The notes beneath the pieces are model-generated. The model was not told the DNA's origin. It saw only the letters and a program-made list of their open reading frames with translations, and searched no databases. Shown in pieces: positions 22,475 through 41,000 of a stretch of 64,000 nt of DNA (the first letter of the stretch is position 1; the number at the start of each line of letters is the position of its first letter). The position numbers and the translations under genes were made by a program. The stretch comes from Antedon mediterranea (lineage: Eukaryota; Animalia; Echinodermata): the NCBI RefSeq assembly GCF_964355755.1, contig NC_092677.1, positions 8,206,101 through 8,270,100 on the forward strand, in the 5' to 3' direction.

Positions 22475-24026
22475 ATGTGAATACGACCCTGAACATAGCA
22501 AAACATTGTAAACATTACCTGCAAATCAAAGGTGTACTTCGACATCTGAATGGCTAGTCTCTTCGGAAAGCTGCAAAATGAAATGCATATAAACTGTTAA
22601 TAATGCTCATCTTCATAGTGTTATCATGGTTCATGTGATATGAGTAAAACAGCTGCAATCCCCATCACTCATAATTTTTTTAGATGTTTAAACCTAATAT
22701 GTTCAAGGTCACACATCATTATAACAACATAGACTGAGTGATCCATCTGAATCACCTGCCAAGAACTAAAATACTACATTTCATACCATACTTCAAACCA
22801 GAAAAACTCATCAATTATCTCAACTATTCTGGTGGTAAAGTCATCAAATGTGACAGCATTCTAAGTGATGAATTACTGTAGGCATTTGAATTTTTGTTAT
22901 TGCTGTCATATACAAATGTGAATAATTCAAAGATTTATGTAAAGTCGGTTTAATTAACATGCTAAGTTAGACAGAACAGTCACTGAATAGTCTTGGGCTA
23001 GACTAGTGCTTTATCCAGTAACCCAGATATTGTCAGACTCCCTGAGATACCTACAGTACAGTAGCAATAAGATTAAGAGTATATACTTGGTGCGAAATGT
23101 CTATCTTATTACAGCTTAACTCATCAAAACCAAATAAAAGTGATTGACTCGTGCCGTGTAGAGTAAGTGATTCATTTGGTAAGTTTATTTAAAAAACAAA
23201 TTGTTGTTTGACTACCTGTTAATTATTGGGTAAAAAGTCATTTGTGGAACAGATTTCATAAAACAAAATAGATTAATATGAGGAATTTCATTTCTAATTA
23301 GTAATTACAGTACATTATATTACAGTAAGAATGTACTATTAATTCAGTGCTTTCAGGCTAAATAAAAAACTGTTAATTTCACGTAAAGAATTTGGATTTA
23401 TTTCTTGATGAGGAGATATAGTATACTAGTCATTGTGATATGTTACGTAACTGTTTACACACTTACTGTAGGAACACTTGATGATCACAATGAGACACAG
23501 TGTTTGTTGATGGACAAATTGAAAATACTAATCTGTGCAATCAATTCTTTTTAAACTGAATATTAACATTTTTTGGAAAAAAATATTACCCTAAATCATG
23601 TGGCTCCAAAATGTGATAAGGGAGGGGACATAAAACTAACAATTGTATTTATTTGGCCTTACTATAACTTCGACCATATGATTATAAATATCACAACATT
23701 TTATTATAAGATATGATGGTACTGAAGGGCACTTAACTAAACACACCATGTATGTAAACCTAAATGAGAGAGTGGCAAGATTTTTTGCTATTCAATGATC
23801 AACGCTCTACGCTCTAAATTTGAGTACACTGCATGCTAACATTATATTTATATATTTGAGATTTAATTGTATTTTTATACATTTTTAAGGTAAAAAAACA
23901 AAATACAAAACAAAATACTGATTATGTTTATTCAGAAGAGCCTAAAGTGTGATTCGATGTTTAACTCGTTAATCATCACATAATAATACTAATAATTATT
24001 AATAGTATTTTTACTGATTTAATTTA

Positions 24027-24776
24027 CGCTGTGGTTAGGATTCCGGCACCGGAACTCAACTGCCCACCGTTAGGGAATCCGACATGCTATTGCGCATGCC
24101 CAGAGCTCTGGGAAGTGAATTATAGCTTGCACTAATAATAGTGCCACACCACGGAGAGTCGGAGTGTTATAGGGATTTACTGTAGCCTAGATAGTCGTTG
24201 CGCGAGCGAGAGAGCGATGGATGAAACTTGGCCTATGCCATACATGAATTAATAATTAAAATATGACTACGCCACGCGTTAAAATAATTATAATGATATT
24301 AATAAGTATCAGTATCTATCTAAGAATCGTAATGCTGTTTTTAGCGTTGCGACCCTGACTTCCCGAACAGTTTTTTCACATCCACGCGGTGGCTGCCGTC
24401 AACAAATCAACTTGTGATTGCATGTTGTATATGTACAGTATAATGCGTTATGAAAAATCATAAAACTAGTCATGTAATTATATAATTCATAATGATATGA
24501 ATTTTATATATGAATGAAGCAACCACTTTTTAATTACAAAATAAATACTATAGGCCCACTGGTCACGTAGTCTAACTGGTAGCCCTAGCCTAGAATAGTG
24601 GATCCCATATTAGAAGGCATCTAGGCTAGTTCGCCGTGTGGCGCAGCTATGAAATAATCCATCGCTGTTGATAAGTATAGAGTCGCCGATTACCTCGCTC
24701 TGGGCATGCGCAATAGCGTGTCGGAATCCCTAACGCTGGGCAGTTGAGTTCCGGTGCCGGAATCCTAACCACGGCG
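24027..24776. mobile_element. 750-bp Mutator-like (MULE) MITE with ~80-bp TIRs and a 9-bp TSD
   Basis: TIRs CGCTGTGGTTAGGATTCCGGCACCGGAACTCAACTGCCC..CCCAGAGC (24027-24105) and the inverse (24697-24776). Perfect TSD TTTAATTTA at 24018-24026 and 24777-24785. Confidence 0.9.
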
Positions 24777-25238
24777 TTTAATTTAAACTGGCTTGCATTT
24801 GTAATAAATTATAACATTATGTACTTGATACTTTGTTATATCATAGGGCACTACCGGGCGTAGATTAGTATTACCGGTTTATGCCGCACTTCCACCGTCC
24901 GCGTCGTAGTGGCTCTACGTAGGAGGCCTTCTCCGGGCGCGACTCACGGCTTCACCTTATAGCTTGTTTGCTTAAAATACCAGCACTCTTCTTGCTTGCC
25001 GTTCTGAGCTGAGCTAGGTAGGGCCTAGCCTCTCGCGCCTAGAATACAAATACACCTATACAATATAGTATATATTTACATCTTTTAGAAACTTTAAAAT
25101 TAATTTACAAATTGATCTTACTGTCATTTTTAAAGATGCCATAATTAAATGAAATATATTTCTCGGATTCTACCACAAGTAAAGCAATCTCCACCAAAAG
25201 CAGCCATACTTGTTGTTTGGATAGCGATTAATTGGTCT

Positions 25239-25253
25239 CCTCCAGGGGGCGCC
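25239..25253 (+). promoter_or_regulatory. CTCF-like motif in the divergent promoter region between the zinc-finger gene and the HSF5-like gene
   Basis: CCTCCAGGGGGCGCC matches the CCNSYAGRKGGCRSY core and stands out in AT-rich DNA. Confidence 0.5.
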
Positions 25254-25775
25254 TGTTAAGATCGCTAAATATTATTATTTTCAGAGGTTTGTTGAAATTA
25301 ACTTCTGTTTTTGGAATACAATAATACAATCCTTATATATTAATTACTAAGGCTGGAAAATTAGTAAATTAAGAATCGAAAACATAACATACAAATATAA
25401 AGTAATAATGATACAGATAAAATCATTTTGGCTTAAGCCGACCAAAAAATAATAATAAAAGCCATCAAGATTAAAGAACTAAAATAAAACTTCATAAAGT
25501 AGGGACTTACTATTAAGTTTAGCAAAGCGAATTAATGCGCTTTTTTCACACGCGAATACTGCATAGGAACGCGACTTCCGCGTAGTGCGCACCACATCCG
25601 GAACAGAAGACGCATATCATTTCGACCAATTGATTAGAAGCACGCGCACTCAATTATTCTTCAAAACGAACTTGATGTGTTCGACACACTTTCCTCGGAA
25701 CTTCGGACAGCAGAGTGGATACCCAATTCTCCCTTCGTCGAACATTGGAAGACATTCCGCGACCACAAAGGGGCG

Positions 25776-27348
25776 ATGCGTGTGCCAAATCACTTTCCCA
25801 GCCTCGTCGTTAGTTCCACAACATTTCCAGGTAAATTGTGGAGGTTGGTTAATAACAATTTATTTCGTTCTATACAATGGTCTCCGGAAGGAACCAGTGT
25901 AGTAATAAACAGCGGCTTATTCAAACGTGAGGTGTTGAGTGGGGGTGAGTATGGAGTGTTCAAGACCACCAATTTTACCAGCTTCATCCGTCAGCTGAAC
26001 CTCTATGGATTTCGGAAAACCAATATTTGTTCTAAAGTTGCTGGAGATGATTCTTCGGCAGTCCATTATTTTCAACACACGTATTTTATCAGAAATAGAT
26101 CTGATCTTCTCTGCAATGTACGCAGATCCAACACCGGCACCAAGAGCAGGAGATATGAAAACTACAATTTATATAATCAGTCATTCTTAGGTATCCAGCA
26201 GCAACATGCAAATGGAGCTGTCTATTCGCTGCTGATGACAGATGATAGTAATAACAATAATGTTTATCCATATTACATGAGCAATAACAATTCAAACAAC
26301 AACGAAGGAAGTCAACATGTATCAAGTAAGTATCCATCATGGTAAGATTAAACTGTAGGTCTCTCGATGACTGAACTTGATTGATTCATCGGTAAATTGA
26401 TGGAGAATAGGCCTAGGCCTATAAACAAATCTAATTGTATTAATTTTGTATGATGAATGAATTATTATAGGGGAAATGGAATGGATGTTTTGTTTAACCT
26501 CAATTGGGTTTGTTGATTGGTCAAATGGTCATATATTGCTACTGATCAATAACTGTTTCAAAATAAACTTTTTACATTTGCTTCCAATAGTGAGTCATCC
26601 GATGCGATCGAGTCGGTACAGTCCTTATCCAGTTCATCATAGCGCTGCACATCAGATGTACCGACAAGAAGGACAGACACCTTCAAATTACGAGGGGATC
26701 AGACGTGTTGATCAATCTTCCATGACTGGTTTTCCATCAATCGAAGACACAATAGAGTTGACTGCACTGCTCTCTGCTAATGGCATATGTCTACCAAGAT
26801 ATCAAAGTACGAGTAATGCCTTTTCGACGCCTGTTATGACCAGCGATGTACAGCATACGAACTATCCTGCAGGTTTGCAAACAGAAAGACGAGAGCGAAT
26901 ACAGAGACGGTATGTTGTCCAAGAAGACATACAAACACTTTGCAGCCCTAACATGCAAGGTAAATTAATTATACAGCTACAACATTATACTTATTGAGAA
27001 ATCAGTACAATTAACGATGACATGGAGTTGACAGAAGACGGTGACGACGAAGATGAGGATCCTTACACGCTCTCGCTCTCCCCCTGAGTCACAATATATC
27101 CTTACATTTTAATTTTTTTTACAGATACTAATACATTATCCTCCATCAATGAACTCATCCGGAAATCCTCTAAAGTACCTTCTCTTGTACCTTCGACTGT
27201 CAGCAGCCACAGCACCACCAGCTACAGTCTTCCAGTTGCCCCATTCATACATCAACGTTACAACATTGATCAGACACAGACGTCTAAATCACAAAAAGCA
27301 ACGACTCAAGAACCGTCTAACGTGGGTAACACAAATGAAGCAAAATGA
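25776..27348 (+). CDS. HSF5: Heat-shock transcription factor, HSF5/HSFY-like (~380 aa)
   Basis: HSF DNA-binding domain FPGKLWRLVN..FRSIQWS..FKTTNFTSFIRQLNLYGFRK..HYFQHTYFIRNRSDLL. Exons 25776-26325, 26591-26959 and 27125-27348 join in frame. No heptad-repeat trimerisation region is evident. The symbol is by motif resemblance only. Confidence 0.75.
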
Positions 27349-27400
27349 ATGTTAGTGACTCTCGGTTTTTGACAAAAACCTAAGAAAGTTGTTACCATAC

Positions 27401-27415
27401 GCTGCCTCTTGGTGG
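27401..27415 (-). promoter_or_regulatory. CTCF-like motif in reverse orientation just 3' of the HSF5-like stop
   Basis: The reverse complement reads CCACCAAGAGGCAGC. Confidence 0.35.
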
Positions 27416-28458
27416 TGAAGTTCCATAGGCCTAATTCAAATTAGTCAGGATAATTAGGCCTACCAATCAATAATGAATATTTTAACGACATTCATAATAT
27501 TCATTTACTCAGAACCCTAACACTTTTGTAAAGATAGAAATAGATAGATGAATAAAAAAAATCGTCGAGATTGGAAACGAAAAAAAAAAATTAAAATACA
27601 TTTTTTCATTGATTTGATCTCCCTCTCTCTGCTTATGATCCTTAACGAGACGTATGGACCCTAATTATAATTTGCATTGTACTATGTGTATTTTATTGTT
27701 TTACTATTTAGGCCTCTTATACGTTTTTGACTATAAATATACTCCATCTTATTTAGTTGTTTCTGATTTTAGCATTCGAAACATTTGAAATATATTTTTG
27801 TAGTCCCATTTATTGTATTGTTGAATAAATGGTGTCTCTAGTATGCATGTTTTATAATGTTGTGTTTTTTCATGACCGTACTGGTGAGTACATTATGGTA
27901 GAGAGGAGAAGGGGATTATAATTTATAATGGAAGAATCGGCCAATTTTAGAAGATAAGATCAAGCATCCCAAGTTGAATGAGAAACCAATAAATTACCAA
28001 CTGAAACGGCCAGTCGGTCATTCGATCGGTTACGTAAATAAAATTATTCTGAAAAAATTGTCACATAGTTATTAACCGGGTTTTTTTTTTGTCTTTTTAT
28101 AAGTGAAAACATTTTTTTCTACAGAGGTAATTCACTTTATTAAAACTGCGAAATGGCCTAGTCTATTCAAAGTCTTTTTTCCCTTAATTAATAATATTAT
28201 TTCTTCCCCCCACTGGGTGACACATCTTTAAGAGTAACTACATATTATCGTAATTACTTCGAAGTTGCCTACGTTTTCATTACTGTAACATGAGATATTT
28301 TGTATTTGTGAGTATGCTTAATACAATTATGTTTAGATATTATACAGTACAACAATATTAAAATGGTACTTAAAATATATTTATTATATAAACTGGGTTT
28401 TATCTTTGGTATCTTTTTGATGAGTTGTGTGAAGTACCCACAATGCAATAGTATATCA

Positions 28459-28466
28459 TGACGTCA
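28459..28466. promoter_or_regulatory. Palindromic CRE (CREB/ATF site) in the Rab2 proximal promoter
   Basis: TGACGTCA lies ~105 bp upstream of the Rab2 ATG in a CpG-containing patch. Confidence 0.5.
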
Positions 28467-28571
28467 TATATGTACGATCATCATCGGATCGTCGCCGTGA
28501 AAAAAAAGACATTAGAGTACGTGGATTTTTCGAGGAGGGAATAATCATTCTCATTTTTAAAAGCATCTAAA

Positions 28572-34715
<6,144 letters not shown>

Positions 34716-35594
34716 TTTCACCAGTAATTAGTCATTTGTCTGTACAAAGACACCGACCAATCTGCAGGCATGTCATGATGTCAGTGAAATACATGGCCTA
34801 TTCAGATGTGTTACTATCAATTAGGGGTCTTTATAAAAATTGGTTATGTGAAACTAACTATAACAATCTTTCACAATTCTTTATTCTGAAATTAAAATAG
34901 AATTTTGATGTAACTGGCATTCATATGTACATGAAATTACATTTGAAAAATACATTTTTTATCATGAAAACACTTTTAGATATTTTACTTTCATTAAAGT
35001 TCACAAACCAATACATAACCCGCCATACTGAATAACAATTCCTGACAATGATACACTTACAATAATGCAGTAATTATAGGCAAAATATGAACTTAAAATT
35101 ATTAAATGGAAAAAAAAAATATTAAAAAATAAGTGTGTTTAGAAATGATTATTGTACCAAGATATTGTACAGTTTCGAGCTTGATATTTATTATTATAAA
35201 TGGCTGTTGTAAATGTGTTTGAAATTACTAGACTGGTGTTAGTTCTACCCCCTGTCTCTTCCCCCCATTAACAAAAAAGTAAACTGTGTATGTATGTATA
35301 AAATGCTATCTGCTAAGAATGTTAAATGTGGTGATGAAGCACTAAGAAATTAATGATTACTTGGTCTTATAATAACTACCTTCTGAGGTTGTTTGCATTC
35401 CATGATGTAGTAATTAACAGTAGTTAACAAACACAAAAATATATCAGTAGTTTTTTTTTCATGTTTAGCAATTAAGTATGGCAACTTGTGAAGGATAAAA
35501 CTATTTGTAAAAGCAAGAGTACACTGAAATACTAATAAGCTAGGAGTTGTATACAAAATTAATTCCAAGATCAAGATGTGAAACATAATGTGCA

Positions 35595-35850
35595 TTTTAG
35601 GTGTGAACGCCCATCACAACCTCCATCATGCATTACATCTTGTAGAATAACTTTGAAAACATAATTCAAGTGTGCATTGGAAGTGTGAACGCCCATCATG
35701 AGTTCATCTTGCATAAGATCTAGAAAAAGCTAGAAAATGTTGGGTGTGATCACTGAAGATTATTCTTGCATAAGGTCTAGATTAAGAAAACTTATAATAA
35801 AAATGTAAATTTTTAGGTGTGAACACCAGTTCCTCAAGCATAAGATATTG
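35595..35850. repeat. Degenerate 60-80 bp tandem repeat (4 units) downstream of the Rab2 stop
   Basis: GTGTGAAC/GTGTGATC ... TGCATAAGRTCT recurs at ~35601, 35683, 35744 and 35817. Confidence 0.6.
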
Positions 35851-38091
35851 CCATGATTCGTCAACAAAAATTATCTTCCTTGTATTCAAGTATATTTGTC
35901 CGCAAGTGTATGAGTAGTAGAGAAATCATTAACAGTTTTAAATATTAATTCTATTCATAATCATTACTATTATTTTGTATTTTAAATCAATTCCTTGCAA
36001 ACAGTGACATTTTATTGGTAAATACTGGAAGCAAAAAAGCAATTTCAAAATGACATTGTCATCAAAGAAAATACATTAATAATATAATGGCAAAACCAGA
36101 CAACTAATTTATGCTTAAATTATTTGCACAGGATAAAGCAATACCCACATTTAATGTATAAATGCACCTTTTTTCTTATGTTCAAGCTCATTATTATACA
36201 TAATTGTTATTCATTTAATTTATATAAATCACAATGTTTAAAGATATTTTGTACAATAATTACACAGTGAACAAATGCAAGATTGAAATTGATACATATT
36301 TAGGTATCCACAATTATACGTAATATATCTACTTATAGTTTAGTGAAGGGGTATAAATATACCGTATATTAGTACTTGTTTCTTGTGTTATGTGATGTTT
36401 AAACATCAATCTTGTGAATCAACTGTAAAATGAAAATATAACTGCATTCTGTCTGTTGATCACAACCTACCTACTGGTCCTAACAATTATTGAAACGGCA
36501 TATTATTTTATACTTTTTTTTTAGTTGGGAGTAGTTTTTTGTTTCATAGTTAATTATGGTGCAATTTCGGTTTTAATTTTAAAAGGTATAATGGTTTACC
36601 TCTCATTCTTGTAATTATTTGTTTCATTTATATAGCTTTATTATAATAAACATTTATCCTTATCTTTGAAAAACAGATTTTTGCAAATTAATATTTCATT
36701 TGTGTTTGTCAATTAGCAGAAAACTTGCCAGCAAATGCATCACAGTAAATTCTGTACAATTTTGTGACTGATGAATGAGTCTACTGTCCATACCAACATT
36801 AAGGTTGATAAAATATACTGGGAACAATGGCATGTTCATGTGCGATTTAGTTGATTTTCAGTAAACCTACTGTTTCAAGACCGATTTCTGAATACAGAAA
36901 CAAATTGCTTATTTCAGAACTTGTATTTTGTTTTCAGTCGAAATTAAAGTTGTGATTGCGATAACTTGAAAATATTATTAGTAGGGAGCGTGATATAAAA
37001 CTCAACTTTAACATTTAACCTTATCATGGTACTCATTGGGGTCAGTTTGCAAAAAACTTGTTATAGTACTGTATTAACTGTCATTCCTTCATTGGTGAAC
37101 ATTTGCATGTAGAGTCAGTATAATTTGTTGTTTTATATTAGTAAAGTCATGTTGGTTTTTTTGCTTTTGGATATTGTGACAAATTGTTGATTCTCCGATG
37201 AATAATGAATATGATGCTCATTTGTATGTGTAAACAATACTAAAACAATAACATTTTTTGAAGGGGGATAAACGATAAATAAACTGTACTATGAACACTT
37301 AAAAAACTATGATTTCATTTATCAATAGTTATTTTCCTTGTATTAAAGATTATTTGTTTTTAATATTAGAATCTATAGATTAAAAACTGTCCACCCCTTC
37401 CAAATGTGTTGATTGTTCATTTGTTGTTTGTGTGACAGTAAGTGCACGCTTTATAGTATTCCGCATAACAATTACAGTATTACGATAAGAAAAAAAAACT
37501 GGGATACGTTTTTGCATTATAAAAATTGGTAAATAATTTGTCAATTATTGGCACATAAAAAAATTAATTTCTTTTTTACATTATGCCTTATTGTATACTA
37601 GTGGAGGTGAGATTAATTTTCAAAAGTTGTGCTGAATTTTTTAGCCTATGTTATCAGGTGGGATTATACTTGAGGATGAATTTATACAATTCAATTACAA
37701 TTCATAATGGTTCAATTAACCCAGTTTGGAAGAGTAGTTGGCTGTGATTGTATATTGATTAACATTATTGATTATGCAGAGAACTAAAAAGGATTTGAAT
37801 GATAATCCACTTTCCCAGGACAGTTTGTACCTGCTGTTGGATTAGTTATGAGGTCAAAATTTGCATAATACTGTACTGTACTGTACTAAGCAAGAAAGGT
37901 CACAATGACATTGGTAGTGGTGGTAACCAATGACGCTATTGACACGGTTGAATGATCAAAGTACCAAGTACATTGAAACTTGTTGATTTAGATGAGCAGA
38001 TATTATCTAGAGAAATAAGCATGTAAAAACCTCATAAGATCACTTGGAAATAGGTTTTTATTGAATATGGGAAAATAATAAATTATTTAAA

Positions 38092-41000
38092 ATGAGAGCT
38101 GATGTGGAAATTCCTTACACCAGTTTACGATCAACAGTGTACTGCCAAAGTTTACCTGTACCACTTAGGCAGAAACCAAGAACAATAGGTTTTCGAGGGT
38201 AAGTACTTAGTTCAGTAGTTAGTGTACATTGTAGTCAAGTGGGTACGAGTTCCCGCATGCAATAAAAGGTTAGTAAAACAATGTATGTTAAGTTAGGGTA
38301 AAAGTGTTTTAATTTATAATCCATTTTGCTATTATATATTATATTGGACAAGTACTGTAGATTACTAAATTGTACTAACTTTGTAGAGATCAACCCATTA
38401 AATATAGTTTCTAAAAACTATATTATATTTCTGGAATAATATCTTTAGTGGGACAGTAAAGACGGATAGTAAGAGTGAAGTAGCTTACCATATCAGGTAT
38501 AACATTAAAATCTATACCTCCCTGGAAATACTATAAAGAACCGTGGAAGCAGTATACATTAGTCAATTTAACAACTACTTAACTTGATTTAACCTAGTTC
38601 AAATATTTTGTATTCATATAAAGTTATTTGGAAATAAATAATAGTAAAATGATTTGTATACAGAAGCAAAAAAACTAATATAACAAGTCGCAGTACAAAT
38701 TCACCTCTGAAGGTATGGGCATTTCAAAGCAAAGATGATCAGGTTAGAAACAATCGCCACAAGACTGTAGCACCAACAAATACACAGCCCTCATCTTATT
38801 ATCCTGTGTATACTGGACTTGATGAGGTAAGCTGCAGATTCACCAATTCAACAACAATAACAACAGAAGTTTTAACTCTTCTTGTGAATGAAAAACATAA
38901 ATGAGGATGAATATCATTATCTACTAGTATTAAATTTACATTATAAAACACCTGATTTGAAGAACAAATGTTCGAGACTTTAATACATTTTTAATACTGA
39001 AAAATGGATACTTTATTTTCCCATTTTCTAAATTTGAATTTATCTCAAAGTTTGACCATGACTTCTGACTAGGTCCAAAGTTAACGGTAACAGTTAGTTG
39101 GGTGAATAATAGGCCTATACCTAATATAAGTACGAATACATTCAAGTAATTAATTGTAATCATTATGATTCCTTTATCATTTAAGAGTACAATGCACTGG
39201 AAGTCATGGATATCATACAAGGAAGATTGTAAAACAGTTAAACATGGTGAGAAACTAATAGGGAGCTTTCAATTTGAGGACCTAGATGTCAATTGAACTT
39301 CCTAATATCTCCACACATGCACACAATGAACGGACATGAAGTAGTTTGATTGTTCATCGATGCGAATCGAAAGCTTTCTATAATACTTCAATTCAACCAA
39401 GCAAAAAAATCATACTGCGATGATTCTTTGTTGCTTTTAGGTCTAGACCTCATAAAATAAAGTTATAAATAACATAATTAAGTCCACAAACTTTGTACAC
39501 AATTGTTTGACATCTAAATGAGTGTCTCTAAAAATGAGAAGTGAATTTCTCATTAAAAAAAAACTTTACCCACAGAAAAAAAGTAATCCTGAAAGTAATT
39601 TTCAAAATTCAACATATTTGTGTGTACAGTAGGGCTAATAATCTAGTTATACTTGTTATTTTTGTCATAGATTTATCAATGTACAGGATAACCCAAGATG
39701 CTTTTCGAAAACTGACAATGCAAGTAAAGCAAGCAAATCAAAGATTCAACAATCTTAATGGTTCTGGATTTAAAGTAAGATTTTTACAGGAAAAAAAAAC
39801 AGAATATAGCTGAGAATTTTTAGTTGCATTTGTTACTAGATAAGCTATGCAAATGATTAATAAACATTGTAAATTGGTAAAAGATGTATACCGTATTGTC
39901 TTCCAAAAACATGAAAATGAAGATTAATAAAATCAGATTTTTAACAGCCCATTTTGTAATTTTTATAAAGTTACTCAGAAAAAACCCAATGATTTCACTT
40001 ATAAAAAGACAAAACAAATGGTTAAATCCAAACAAAAAACCATTGGCTGTCTGGCAACCAAATTGAATCTTTTTTTTGCTTTTTCAGTTAAACAATTTTT
40101 TTCAAAGTGAATAACTATATGGAACATCAAAATAGCATATTCTACAAGAAATGTTAAAACAATTTTTGTTCAGGGGGACAATATACTGTATGTGATGCTC
40201 TTCTTTGTTTATAGACATACTATACAGTTGGCGACCAAAGTGTTCCTGTAATTAAGCCCAGTCAGTTGGCAAGAAGCATTCAACATACAAGTCACAAAAT
40301 GACAGAGTGTAATCCAGACGATGCCTTGACAACAAAGCCTATTACCAAGTCTACTAAAAGGTACTTTATAGTCATTTAAGTCAATTTAATCCAACATTCT
40401 TAGCAGTAAAAATATGATTTATAATAACAGTATGATACATAGGCCTACTATGTAATATTTTCATATTTATTACAGTGGAGCGTTAAAAAATAATTTTAAA
40501 ACTTGGTTAAAATTTACAGGAGACCTCATTCCACAACTGTATTATCTCGCCGCAAAGCAACTGAAGTTGGAAACCGCCCACATTCTACAACTGGACACTA
40601 TCAATATTCAGATGCTGATTGTTTGACACCAAACATAATTGGAGCTCTAAGCAAGGGAGAAGTCGGGGATTGGTGTAAAGAGTTTCCCGGTCCATTCGAT
40701 ATTGTAGCTCTAGAGTCTAAACCATGCGAGTCTGAACATTTACCAGATTTTCACTCTGATAGTGAAATAGATGTAGAGCTTAAACACCTTACAGAGACAG
40801 ACTTGCCTGTAAAAGAGGACCTTAAAATAGACACAATTGTGCAAAATAACCCAAAAGAAATAAAACCTTCCGAAGAGGAATTGTTCCAGAAGATGTTTGA
40901 ATATGATGATGAAGAGGAGATTCTTGAAAGACAGCAAAATTGGGCAGCTACCATGACACCGGAAAAAGTTAATGAAGATGACATTATGATGTTTGATTAT

